A stretch of DNA of 63,114 bases, filler included, from Octopus bimaculoides (taxonomy: Eukaryota): the NCBI RefSeq assembly GCF_001194135.2. It is 5 parts of 5 records of this genome, joined end to end, with 100 filler letters (N's around TTAATTAATTAA, not from the genome) between each part and the next. Parts side by side here need not be neighbours in the genome. Positions count along the whole stretch, not along the records: positions 20,745 to 30,972 come from NC_068993.1; positions 31,073 to 40,272 come from NC_068983.1; 3 more parts are not named here. One strand, 5' to 3'. The notes under the pieces were generated by a model. The model was given only the letters and a program-made list of their open reading frames with translations, made no database searches and had not been told where the DNA came from. The translations under genes were made by a program, and so were the position numbers. This document shows positions 26,330 through 38,480 of the stretch, in pieces. The first letter of the stretch is position 1. Every line of letters begins with the position of its first letter.

Positions 26330-26971
26330 GTTTTATATTTTCAATGTTTCTGTCCTCGTCTATATTTTTGTCTTTGCATATATTATTTTTCTGCTCTCCT
26401 CGAAACACGTCTTTATTCACTGTTCAGTCTACATACTACACATTTTATTTTTATTATTGTACTTCTCTCAATATTTTTCTGTCCTTCTAGTTTCTCATGT
26501 CCGATCGTTTATATTCTAGTTGCGTACGTTCATGACACACCAAATTTAAATTATATTGCTGGGGAGTATCGGAATTGTGATGTTATTTGGTTGACAACTG
26601 ATGAGAGTTGAACTTGTCTGCATCCGTTGTTTGTGTTGTTCTCTGTATTTAGTTCAGAGAATTCGTCGTCCTCTTTTACCACATTTTTATCATACATAGA
26701 TAGATACACTCACATATATATGTGGCGGGTGTATGTATGTACATCTAAATAATACAAATACACACACACTTACACACACCTCCCTTCGGCGATCCCTTCT
26801 TCGTATATTCACACCATTCGCATACATTCGCATACCTCTATTCATCTATCTTATCTCTATGAAACACAGATATTCACATTGGTATGCGGATACGATAACA
26901 CCACGCACGCACGCACACACACACACACACACATACACACACATACACAAACAAACACACACACACACAAA

Positions 26972-27005
<34 letters not shown>

Positions 27006-27628
27006 TACACACACACACGCAAACAAGCAAACACACGAACGAACACAAACACACATATAAACACTTTCACACTCTACATTGCTTGACAGCTTTGCATCAC
27101 ATTTTTCCCCCGTCTTTTCACCAACCATTTGTGATCAACTATTACTCACTGTTCAGCTTGCCAACGCTGAAAGCACATACATAGACACACACAACACATA
27201 TAAACATGCAACGAATGGCACTATCCTTCAACATTTGCACACTTCAATACGTATACACAGAACATACCAACACGCACGTCACTACCACTCATGCTTGTCT
27301 TCAGACAAAAACACCCTTTGATACTTGCATCAACACACCTCTGCTTTTAACTGTTCAAAAGAACAGCATTCCCACCTCGTTTCCAACCCTTTGCATTCAT
27401 TTCTTTCAATATCTATTTCTTCCTTACTCCCTCTATGCTCCTCTCTTTTTTTTTTTCTTCTGATGGATGGCTAGCGTTCGAAAGGTTTAAGTCACTCTTT
27501 TTTCATTAAGGCATTAAACTACTAACATATTTGACAAATTTTGTCCTTCCTGTATCATCTTTTCAATGTTCATTGTCTTTATACAATACATACATACATA
27601 TGTGTGTATGTGTGTGCGTGTGTGTGTG

Positions 27629-27659
<31 letters not shown>

Positions 27660-27751
27660 ACGTATGTATGTATGTATGTATGTATGCATGTATGTATGTA
27701 TGTATGTATGTATGTATGTGTATATATATTCTTTTATTCTTTTATTCTTTT

Positions 27752-27958
27752 ACCCTTTTACTTGTTTCAGTCATTTGACTGCTGCCATGCTGGAGTACCG
27801 CCTTTAGTCGAACAAATCGATCCCAGGACTTATTCTTTGTAAGCCAAGTACTTATTCTATCGATTTATTTGGCCGAACATAAATGATGTGGATATGAGAA
27901 CATAAACACATCAACATCTGTTGTCAAATGATGATGAGGGACAAACACAGACACACAA

Positions 27959-27993
<35 letters not shown>

Positions 27994-28172
27994 AGCCCGT
28001 CGTATATATATGACGGGCTTCTTTCAGTTTCCATCTACTAAATTCACTCACAAAGCTTTGGCCGGCCCAAGGTTATAGTAGAAGATACTTGCCCAAGGTG
28101 CCACGCAGTGGGACTGAACCTGGAACCATGTGGTTGGGAAGCGAGCTTCTTACCACACACCCACACGCCTGC
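27752..28172 (-). mobile_element. OR-like SINE with internal (TA)n
   Basis: Reverse complement of the 37115-37500 element; head, core, SSR and tail present. Confidence 0.88.
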
Positions 28173-28606
28173 ACCATATAGTTCACTACATCTGTTTCTT
28201 ACGTATCTTTTTAATAGAAGAATGAGAACATTACTCCGTTACAAAAAGCCGTAATCGTCAGATGAAACGTAACTTTACAAACAAAAAAATATCCCAAGAA
28301 TACAGCAGGGGCGTGGCTGAAGTCTGTCGATACCAACTATGAAATTTGAGATTGATTAACAAAGTTGGCCGTTGAGGTTAAGAATATAGTTTGTGAAAGG
28401 GTGTAATATGATATCTAAGGTCTGCGACCCAAGTGAGATAGGAGTCTGCTACACTAGTTCTTAGGTAGGCTGGAGTGGGGGTGTAGGTAATATTTTATTA
28501 TAGCAGGCATAGAGCAGTGGGTAGCAAGGAGAGGACCTAAGATAAATTAAGGATAAACAATAAAGAAAACTAAAGCAATAAAAAAAGTGAATAAAAATAA
28601 CAAATT

Positions 28607-28897
28607 GCAGTCATATCCTGGTTACATCATTACAGAATACAAGTTCTCGTTCCTTCAATTTGATATAAATGCATAGCATTCAAGAATATCCTCCATACTC
28701 CTAAATAAGGCCCTAATTTATGCAAGAAACTTCACAGCCATTACCAATGGTAAGATTGAAATTATTCTATTAGCTAGAAGAGCTATAATTGAATTTGAAG
28801 GTAGTATGTGGACGAGAAGTGACACCCGACAATTTTGATATAGCCATGGGTCGAGCGACTCGGCCCAGATTACTGACATTGTAGGAATCTACCTTTT
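28607..28897 (+). mobile_element. Penelope-like element reverse-transcriptase fragment
   Basis: With frameshifts: KFSFLQFDI..*.SRISSILLNKALIYAR...IEIILLARRAII...W...FDIAMG(S)SDSAQITDIVGIYL, matching the PLE RT pattern FDI..FYPSI..LL.KAL / FDVTMGSYDGAE..ELVG.Y.L. Confidence 0.75.
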
Positions 28898-28999
28898 TCA
28901 TTACCTTATATATATATATATATATAAAACAAGCAAATATATATACACACACACATACACACACATACACACACACACATACACACACACATACACACA

Positions 29000-29045
<46 letters not shown>

Positions 29046-29710
29046 TATATATGAGAGAGAGAGGGTAAGACAGATTGTATTAGTTCCGTGGAAATTGAAT
29101 CAGACAAAGGTGCCTACTTTCAAATGTAGCAACTTAATACAGGATACATGTACAGAGTTATATTCTTTGTTTTTAATACAAATAATGGTATATTCTTTAG
29201 ACAATTACATGGCATATATCGAACAATCCATTAAAGTACACAGTTTCATCGAGTAAACAAAGAACGTATGCGAGCACCATTACATACAAAAGCTTCTTAC
29301 TAACATCATGGGTACGTGTTTGTCTGTGCGTGTGTGTGTGTGGTTGTGTGTGTGTGGTTGTGTGTGTGAGCGTGTGTGTGTGCGTGCGTGCATTCTTCCT
29401 TACTTTGGACATTGTCTTCAATTCAATATCATTACTTGTTGAAGGCTTTTCAATTAATATTAAAATATATACACGTGACTATAGGTATTCAGCTAATGGG
29501 ATATCAAGATTTAAAGCTTACCACTGAGGAACTATTTCTGGAGCGATGTTTGATTCTTGACAGGTGCTGTCAATATAGATATATCTGGTAATAAAATTTA
29601 AAAAATAAATCCATTGGTAATCTAGATTAAGTCAGCGTCTGTATGTTAACTAATGTATAATTAAATTATATCTAGGTCACACGAGCAAATATGATGTCAA
29701 TATGTTTGCA

Positions 29711-29743
<33 letters not shown>

Positions 29744-30602
29744 ATGTGTGTATGTGTGCGTGTGGGGNNNNNNNNNNGGGGGGTGTCTTTGTGTGTGTGT
29801 GTGTGTGTGTGTGTGAGTAGTGAGTGTTAGCATATGGACATAGCTTGCCACTTCAATTCACCAAGCCAGTTACCTTGCATTTGGCTGTTCGTAGGGTTTT
29901 ACAACATTATGAAACACCAGTTTCCTATCTGTCGTTGCTTTTCCTGGTATCAATAACCAACGTGTCTTTTCTGGAAATACACACATGCACATACACACTC
30001 ACACACACACACAGACACACATACACACACACGCGCATACACACACACGTACACACACACAGCACACACACGTGTACATGCACATACGCACGTGCACACA
30101 CAGGAGCACGCACGTATGCACGCACACGCACGCAAGTACATGCATGCACGCACGCACACGCATGCGCATATGCACACCACATTCACGCACACACACACCT
30201 CAATAAACGGTTATACGTGCATTTTCACAACATCTCCCTTTTTCTTTCCATATATTCATATATAATTAGTTATACCTTTACGAGCCGTACATTCCCACAC
30301 TTCACAAACACTCATACACACATTCTATGGAGTGTTGCTCATGGCTTCAACACAATTTCTTACAATTCAACACAATGCAATACCACGCAGTAGCACACCT
30401 CACAGGTTTACACTCACCTATATAAACATTAATTCCCACAGGCATACAAATTCGTGGTTGAAAAAATGTTTCATTTCTCTTAACCACAAATATTTATGCC
30501 TGTTACTCTTATTTGGATGTAAATAAACCAACCCCGGTTGTCGAGCAATGGTGCGATAAACACAAAAACATATATACATATCATATATGCATATATAATA
30601 CG

Positions 30603-30730
30603 TATAGAATAAGTACTAGGCTTACAAAAAATAAGTCCTGGGATCGATTTGTTCGACTAAAGGCGGTGCTCCAGCATGACCGCAGTCAAATGACTGAAAC
30701 AGGTAAAAGAGTAAAAGAGTAAAAGAGAGT
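30603..30730 (+). mobile_element. Well-preserved OR-like SINE tail with (GTAAAAGA)n end
   Basis: tagaataagtactaggcttac...gactgaaacaggtaaaagagtaaaagagtaaaagag. Confidence 0.85.
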
Positions 30731-31072
30731 ATATATATATATATATATTTATATATTATATAGATAATATAGATATATGTATATATCCATACATATATGT
30801 ACATACCTACATCTATATGTATACATACATGCATATATGGGTACAGGACAAAAAAAACGTTAAACTCAATAAGAAACGAAAACATAAAAACGAAAACAGA
30901 AAACGAACTTTTTTCGAGCAACGAAAACAAACAGAGAAACGAGACATGCAACATAAAGAGTATACCCCTTCGNNNNNNNNNNNNNNNNNNNNNNNNNNNN
31001 NNNNNNNNNNNNNNNNTTAATTAATTAANNNNNNNNNNNNNNNNNNNNNNNNNNNNNNNNNNNNNNNNNNNN

Positions 31073-31443
31073 GGGGGACAAACAGACACACAAACACACA
31101 CACATACATCATCATCGTTTAACGTCCGCTTTCCATGCTAGCATGGGTTGGACGATTTGACTGAGGACTGGTGAAACCGGATGGCAACACCAGGCTCCAA
31201 TCTAAATTTGGCAGAGTTTCTACAGCTGGATGCCCTTCCTAACGCCAACCACTCAGAGAGTGTAGTAGGTGCTTTTACGTGTCACCTTACAACGGGTTTC
31301 TTTCAGTTTCCGTCTACCAAATCCACTCACAAGGCTTTGGTCGGCCCGAGGCTATAGTAGAAGACACTTGCCCAAGGTGCCATGCAGTGGGACTGAACCC
31401 GGGACCATGTGGTTGGTAAGCATGCTACTTACTACACAGCCAC
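31073..31443 (-). mobile_element. OR-like SINE interrupted at its internal SSR by an RTE-derived element
   Basis: Head/core 31288-31443; insert 31107-31286; SINE resumes 31073-31106. Confidence 0.8.
31107..31286 (-). mobile_element. Short RTE-derived non-autonomous retroelement with (GAT)n tail
   Basis: Reverse complement: ggtgacacgtaaaagcacc...gagtggttggcgttaggaagggcatccagctgtagaaac...cccatgctagcatggaaagcggacgttaaacgatgatgatg. Family assignment is from recollection of RTE 5'/Ceph-domain motifs. Confidence 0.7.
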
Positions 31444-31976
31444 GGGGGTGCTGCTGTTCCTACACACGAACCGCCACTGGATTTGGCTGCTATTTCTACT
31501 AAATTTAGCTATTATGCGGCATGCAGAGGTCTCTCTCTCGTTGGTTCATACGTACATATATACATTGATAAGACAGAAATAGCAGCCAAATCTCTCTCAA
31601 ATCAGACCCTCCTAAGTCTTGCTTGTACGTATATACATGGATAAGACTGTAAGGTGTGATTTGAGGGGGATTTCATTGCTATTTTCAGCAGGTCTAGCTA
31701 TGATTTAAATATCTATTGTTAAAAGGTAATTATAAATAATATCCAATGTTAAAGTTTTAATTAAAGAGAAAATTTAATTAGTATCATCAGGGAAACGGAA
31801 CTAAAAATAAACACACTGTAGGGTACAATTAACATTGTAGTTTAATTAACATTGGTTAATTAGCTAATTAATTTAGTATTAAGCATTTAGATATTGTTTT
31901 AAATTTATCTTAATGCATTAGTTATTAATGAGGAATAAACAAAATTTTAATTATTTTTTTTCTTAATATTTTAATG

Positions 31977-32145
31977 GTGTAGGCATAGTTGTGTGGTTAA
32001 GAAACTTGCTTTGCAACCACATGGCTTTGGGTTCAATCCCACTGCGTGGCACCTCGGGCAAGTGTCTTCTGTTATAGCTCTAGGCTGACCAAAGCTTTGT
32101 GAGTGGATTTGGTAGATGGAAACTGAAAGAAGCCTGTCGTATGCA
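31977..32145 (+). mobile_element. OR-like SINE head/core
   Basis: gtgtggttaagaaacttgc...gggttcaatcccactgcgtggcacctcgggcaagtgtctt; followed by an opposite-strand tail at 32158-32316. Confidence 0.85.
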
Positions 32146-32457
32146 TGCATATGTACATGAGGCCATGCTGGAGCACCACTTTGAAGGGTATAGCTGAACA
32201 AATCTACCCCAGTATTTATATTTTTTCTTTTAAAGTCTGGCTCTTTTACTATTGGTCCCTTAATGCTGAATTGCTAATTCTCAGGGATGTAAACAAACCA
32301 ACACTGATTTTCAAGCCGTGTATCTCCTCTACAGCAAGCACTTATGTTTGGCACCTGGCATACTGCCACTCACATCCAAGTTCCACTTTCAAATACTCCC
32401 TCTTTGTAGTGGGAGCTGTTTTCTTTTCTCTGTCCTTTTCCGTCTTGCAAATTACAG

Positions 32458-32650
32458 GACAACCTCACCAGTGCTGGTGCCACATAAAAAGTACCCACTG
32501 CACTCTGTAAAGTGGTTTGTATTAAGAAGGGTATCCAGCCATAGAAACCTCGTCAAAGATGATATTGTTGCTCGACGCAGCCCTTCAGCTTGCTGGTTCC
32601 CTCTCAAACTGTCCAGCCCATGCCAGTATGGGGAAAGTATGTTAAATAAT
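32458..32650 (+). mobile_element. Degenerate second copy of the RTE-derived short element
   Basis: gtgccacataaaaagtacc...aagaagggtatccagccatagaaac...cccatgccagtatggggaaag..gttaaataatag. Confidence 0.65.
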
Positions 32651-32669
32651 AGCCTGGTCTAGCTTTTTT

Positions 32670-32907
32670 ACAGTTGATTTGATCAACCAACAGCCTGCTT
32701 GTGAAATTAATATGCAAATGGCTGAGCACTCGGGGAGATCCAGCACAACACAGAATGTGACAAGGCTGGTTCTTTTGAAATACAGGTACAACTCAATTTT
32801 GCTAGCTGAGTAGAGTGGACCAACATGAAAAGGTGTCTTGCCAGTGAGAATTGAACTCACAGCCTTCTGATTGTGAGGTGAACGCCCTAACCACTAAGCT
32901 ATGCCTC
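32670..32907 (-). mobile_element. tRNA/CORE-like SINE sharing its 3' module with the 996-1385 element (degenerate)
   Basis: Reverse complement of gccttgtcaca...gagtgctcagcc...aatttcac.agcaggctgtt tail; head ends ...ccctaaccactaagctatgcc. Confidence 0.75.
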
Positions 32908-32912
32908 TTTAC

Positions 32913-33237
32913 AAAAAAAACTGACACTCTGTCGATTACAATAACAAATTTCCCAGTTGATCCGATCGACAGATCAGCCTCTTGTGGAATTAATGTGCAA
33001 GTGGTTGAGTACTCCACTGACACACGTACCTTTACTGTTAGATCTCCGAGAGATTTAGTGTGACACAGAGTGTGACAAGACTGGCCCTTTTGAATTACAG
33101 GTAGAACTCGTCTTTGCCAGCCTAGTGAACTGGGGCAATGTGGAATAAAGTATCATGCTCAAGGACACAAAGCACCTCTGGGAATTGAACTCCTGAGCTT
33201 AAGATTGTGAACCGAATGCCCTAACCACTAAACCACC
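32913..33237 (-). mobile_element. tRNA/CORE-like SINE, same family, tandem to the previous copy
   Basis: cagttgatccgatcgacagatcagcc...gtgacacagagtgtgacaag...gctcaaggacac...gggaattgaactc...ccctaaccactaa. Confidence 0.8.
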
Positions 33238-33345
33238 ATCATGATGTCCTCTCTGTCTGTTTGTCTGTCATTCTCTCTTTTTCTCTCTCACACACATGCC
33301 ACCTATAGCCATCCATCTTATGATGTAGTTCTATATACACTATGT

Positions 33346-33546
33346 ATCTCTTTTACTTGTTTCAGTCATTTGACTGTGGCCATGTTGGAGCACCGCCTTT
33401 AGTCGAGCAAATGGACCCCAGGACTTATTCTTTGTAAGCCTAGTACTTATTCTATCGGCCTCTTTTGCCGAACCGCTAAGTTACGGGGACTTAAACACAC
33501 CACCATTGGTTGTCAAGCGATGTTGGGAGGTCAAACACAGACATAT

Positions 33547-33583
<37 letters not shown>

Positions 33584-33729
33584 CCTATATACGACAGGCT
33601 TCTTTCAGTTTCCGTCTACCAAATCCACTCACAAGGCTTCGGTCGGCCCAAGGCTATAGTAGAAGACACTTGCCCAAGGTGCCACGCAGTGGGAATGAAC
33701 CCGGAACCATGTGGTTGGTAAGCAAGCTA
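33346..33729 (-). mobile_element. OR-like SINE with internal (CA)/(TA)n; head runs into a gap
   Basis: Reverse-complement match to 37115-37500. Confidence 0.9.
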
Positions 33730-34399
33730 NNNNNNNNNNNNNNNNNNNNNNNNNNNNNNNNNNNNNNNNNNNNNNNNNNNNNNNNNNNNNNNNNNNNNNN
33801 NNNNNNNNNNNNNNNNNNNNNNNNNNNNNNNNNNNNNNNNNNNNNNNNNNNNNNNNNNNNNNNNNNNNNNNNNNNNNNNNNNNNNNNNNNNNNNNNNNNN
33901 NNNNNNNNNNNNNNNNNNNNNNNNNNNNNNNNNNNNNNNNNNNNNNNNNNNNNNNNNNNNNNNNNNNNNNNNNNNNNNNNNNNNNNNNNNNNNNNNNNNN
34001 NNNNNNNNNNNNNNNNNNNNNNNNNNNNNNNNNNNNNNNNNNNNNNNNNNNNNNNNNNNNNNNNNNNNNNNNNNNNNNNNNNNNNNNNNNNNNNNNNNNN
34101 NNNNNNNNNNNNNNNNNNNNNNTTTAACCAGGTGTTGACTGTTATTTCTAGCATATGGAATGACCAAGCAGTGTTTGATAGTGTTTAACTCCAGGTCATT
34201 TCTGGCTGAGTAGACCTATGATCAATGGCATCCCAACTCTGATCATCCTGTGGTTTTCTTGTAGCTCACTTTCAGATGCTGACTAAGTTTAGCTGCTATT
34301 TCTTGCACGTCATACAACCACCTAGAGACACTGGTTGCAGGTGGATGACTAAATAAGTGTGCAGGTTTCTCCAAATATAAACGCTGTAGTTACCACATA

Positions 34400-34461
34400 T
34401 AAATAGATACAATATATAAATAGTTACTATATGCATATATATATGTGTGTGTGTATGTATA

Positions 34462-34493
<32 letters not shown>

Positions 34494-35362
34494 TGTGTAT
34501 GTATATATATGTATGTGTGTGTGTGTATGTATATATATATGTGTGTGTGTGTGTATGTATGTATGTATGCATGTGTGAGTCAACGGCTGTTTATATATGC
34601 GTATGTGTGTAAGTGTGGTGAGTAAGAGTGTAGGTGTGTGTGTGTGAAAGAGAGCATGTCTGCTTTGTGATGTGCATGGGTTTATCTTTGTGTATTTAGT
34701 GTAGTGTTAATATATAATGGGTAAGTGAATGACTGCATATGCATTGTATGTGATGTGTATGTGTGTGTATGTGTGTGTATGTGTGTGTGCGTGTTTGTGT
34801 AAGCGTATCAGGTTTGCGAAATGCATGGATTTATGTATGCGCTTTAGCGTAGTGTTCGAGTGTGAGGGACTGGTGGTGGTACTGGCGGCGGTGGCGACTG
34901 TGCTATTTGTGGTGGCGGTGTTGGTGATGGTGGCGGTGGCGGTGATGGTGGTGGTGGTGGTGGTGGTGGTGAAGTGTACTTGAATTCTACGTGTGTGTGT
35001 ATATATATATATATACATCTGACTTACGCTTGTAGTTGTATGCAAATATATTCAGTGTGATGTGTCTGTGGTCTGTGGGCGCGTGTGTGTCTGTGTCTAT
35101 GTGTTTTTCATGTCCGTGACAATTGAGACAGCTTTTCATTTCCCTCACTCTTTGCTTGTGCTCGCTTTATGTCTCTACGTGTTCTGGTGTGGGTATGTCT
35201 GTCTGCCTATCTGTCATGTTGTCTTTCTGTTAGTCAGTATGTATGTATGTATGTATGTTTACGTGTGTGAGAGTGTAGTAAGACACGTGTGTATTAGTGT
35301 TATTACTTGCGATAGCGTGTGTGTGACCGTAAGTGTTAAAATTGAAAAAAAAAACATACACT

Positions 35363-35402
<40 letters not shown>

Positions 35403-35522
35403 CTATATTTATACATACATATATATACATATGTGTGTGTATGTATATATGTATGTATGTATCTATGTATGTGTATATATATATATATATATATACATAC
35501 ATACATACATGCATGCATGCAT

Positions 35523-35556
<34 letters not shown>

Positions 35557-35741
35557 CACTTCGGCTATGCGTACATGTGTGTATGTGTGTAGTAGAGTGT
35601 TTGCCATGCGTATGCCATGCATATACGACTAATGTATGGAGTATACATGCGTGTGTGACAAATTAGACAATATCTCATTTCATTTATTATACAACTGTAT
35701 GTATGTATGTATATATGTATGCATGTATGTGTGTATGTGTA

Positions 35742-35814
<73 letters not shown>

Positions 35815-36123
35815 ATTACAGCTTATTTGTGTATGTTTGCGTGGTGTTGAAACGTAGCGTCATGCTGCGGACTACGTGTAAGTGTTTGTGTGAGTTATAT
35901 ACTAGCTATCTATTCGTATGTGTATGGGCAAGTGTATGTACATGTGTTTTGCTCTGTGTTAGCGGTTCTGTGTTTTGATGTGTGGGACATAGTATTTGTG
36001 TGCGTATGTGTACACGTATATTGTGTGTGGGTGAGTGTAAATATCATTGCGAGCAAGTATAAAGGGTGCACTTGTGTAAAATTCTGCGTGTATGTTTTCA
36101 TGTGTATGGTTGCATGCGTGTGT

Positions 36124-36201
<78 letters not shown>

Positions 36202-36280
36202 ATGTGTGTGTTTGTTTGTTTGTTTGTACGTGTGTTTGCTGCGCGCTTGTGCGTGTGTGCGTAGAGGAAAGCTATAATGA
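34400..36280. repeat. About 1.9-kb compound degenerate purine-pyrimidine-alternating SSR field
   Basis: Mixed (TG), (TA), (TATG), (CA) plus a (GGT)n tract at about 34870-34970. Confidence 0.9.
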
Positions 36281-37114
36281 TATTACTATTCGGGCAAGCC
36301 ATCTCTTCCATGTGAAGAGATGGTTTGTTAAAAGATATGTCTACATCAACAACTATAAATGGCTGCTGAAATGATAACAGCCGTAACGAAAGCTTGTTAA
36401 AATGGCTGCTTACGAACACTCCTCTGTCATTGTAATTACTGGCTGACATGTTAATTCTTGAACACGACACCTACCCATCTCGCTCTTTTTCTCTCTCTCT
36501 CCCTCAATTACACACACATTAACACACACGTACATATATATGTTTTCAGTGCCAGACACGCATACGCACACGTAGTTACACATATATAGTTCCATATAAA
36601 CATACACAAATACATACACAAACACATATACATATACACACGCACAGTGTGCAAACATATGTACATACATATTCACTGCTGCGCACACAGACAGAGGCCT
36701 GCACGTAGTGTTTGTCATTCTGACAAACACAAACACAAGCGCAAGCATATCATCACGTGTACGCAACACACTTAGCAATACGTATACACACACTAACAAA
36801 CACACAGATGTACACAAAAGCACTCTTTAAGAGCCATATTCCCTCTAATATGGAAATGGCTCTGAAGGAAACGAAACACCAATGAGAAACCAAATGAGAT
36901 ATGAACATCACAGACCAAACCCGATGCCGTTTTGTCAGTTTTTGAGCAGTCTTTTATGTGTTTCAGTTTCACATTTTCTTCTTTAGAATATATGAGTGCA
37001 TAATACAAACTTACGAATGAGCTGCTTTCAGTTGTTTTATCGGAGGACAAGGGACGACTTAAACGCGCTTAGGGCAAAGTGAAGTATCATTACCATATTT
37101 AGATATGTTTTCTA

Positions 37115-37500
37115 TAAGTAGCTTGCTTACCAACCACATGGTTCCAGGTTCAGTCCCAATGCGTTGGCACCTTGGGCAAGTGTCTTCTACTATAGCCTCG
37201 GGCCGACCAAGGCCTTGTGAGTGGATTTGGTAGACGGAAACTGAAAGAAGTCCGTTGCATATGTGTGTGTGTGTGTGTGTGTGTGTTTGTGTGTCTGTGT
37301 TTGTCCCCCAACATCGCTTGACAACCGATGCTGGTGTGTTTACGTCCCCGTGACTTAGCGGTTCGGCAAAAGAGACCGATAGAATAAGTACTAGACTTAC
37401 AAAGAATAAGTCCTGGGGTCGATTTGCTCGACTAAAGGCGGTGCTCCAGCATGGCCGCAGTCTGACTGACGCAAGTCAAAGAGAGAGAGAGTAAAGAGTA
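37115..37500 (+). mobile_element. Near-complete copy of the abundant tRNA/CORE SINE with internal (TG)n microsatellite (OR-like)
   Basis: Head gcttgcttaccaaccacatggttccaggttcagtccc, core ggcaccttgggcaagtgtctt, internal (TG)n, tail ...ggggtcgatttgctcgactaaaggcggtgctccagcatggccgcagtc...gtaaagag. Confidence 0.9.
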
Positions 37501-38480
37501 TAGTAGTTATAATTGCCTTCAAGTTTACATAATCAGCTTTTCGGAGAACAAATTCGTTCCCTACCAGGTTGTGATCTAAATAACACATCTGGATAGAAAT
37601 CCAGATACTGCAATCTTAACGTATCATTCTCAGGTTAGAATAGTTACTAAAGCAGGATTGCAAAAATATAAATCTAATGAGAGCTAAAAGGAAATATACC
37701 TGTAGGATCAGTTAGAGTTGTTAAGTAATTGCAACAGAAAACTGTTCTGCTAAGGGAGAAGTAGATGGGTATGTAGGAGAGTGTTCTAGATTTGGACGCG
37801 TAACCAATATGTTAGTATCTAGATCAGTGCTGGGTTTTGTCTTTGATTCAAAATGACGAGGCTAAGGTATATTCTCCCTATAAGATTCAAGGGAATGAAA
37901 TATTTGTGTTGGGCCCAGGTGGTAAACATGCATCCCAGCAACAAAGCCATTAAATTAATATATGTCATTAGATATTGTGATGGCTTCTGACTAATTCCCA
38001 AGCTGTTCAAAGATCAGTGGAATTGTTAGTAATAAACCCGCGTTTCTATTACAACCAATTTTCTCCAACCTAAATAGGCACGAGAAACTGATCGCAGAAC
38101 CGGATGTACGAGTAATGCAAGAAAAAAGAGTATGTACTCTGGTTCATATGGCCTACCCTAGAAGTTTATTCATCGACTGCAAGCTTATCGCGACTAGTCG
38201 TCTTTGCACCCATCTTCTTTGACGTTTATTGTAACGGTCAGTAGACTATGCATGGATATGTGGTGGCATTAATGAAAAAAGTTGCAACAAAATATTTAAG
38301 TTAGACAACTTCAGTCCCTTAAATCTGCTTATCGCTTGTCCAAACTGAGAATATGGGACCAGTGCAAACATATACATTTCTGGACAGGCTTATCTCATGT
38401 GATACAAAATAGGGAGAGTAGGGAATAGATTTTTTTTGGGGCGCTCAGTTTTCTATCGGTTAGATATTATAGCTAACGGT
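37500..38480 (-). mobile_element. Decayed CR1/L2-type LINE, AP-endonuclease region
   Basis: Minus-strand remnants LLLGC..PPG (YRPP-like), LIGE (GDFN-like) and LDHNLV...LRKADYVNL in the expected order. Confidence 0.45.

Noticed and set aside
31161-31185. CTGAGGA...GAAA hammerhead-like core
   Set aside because: No closing stems; it is the antisense of the RTE-derived element.
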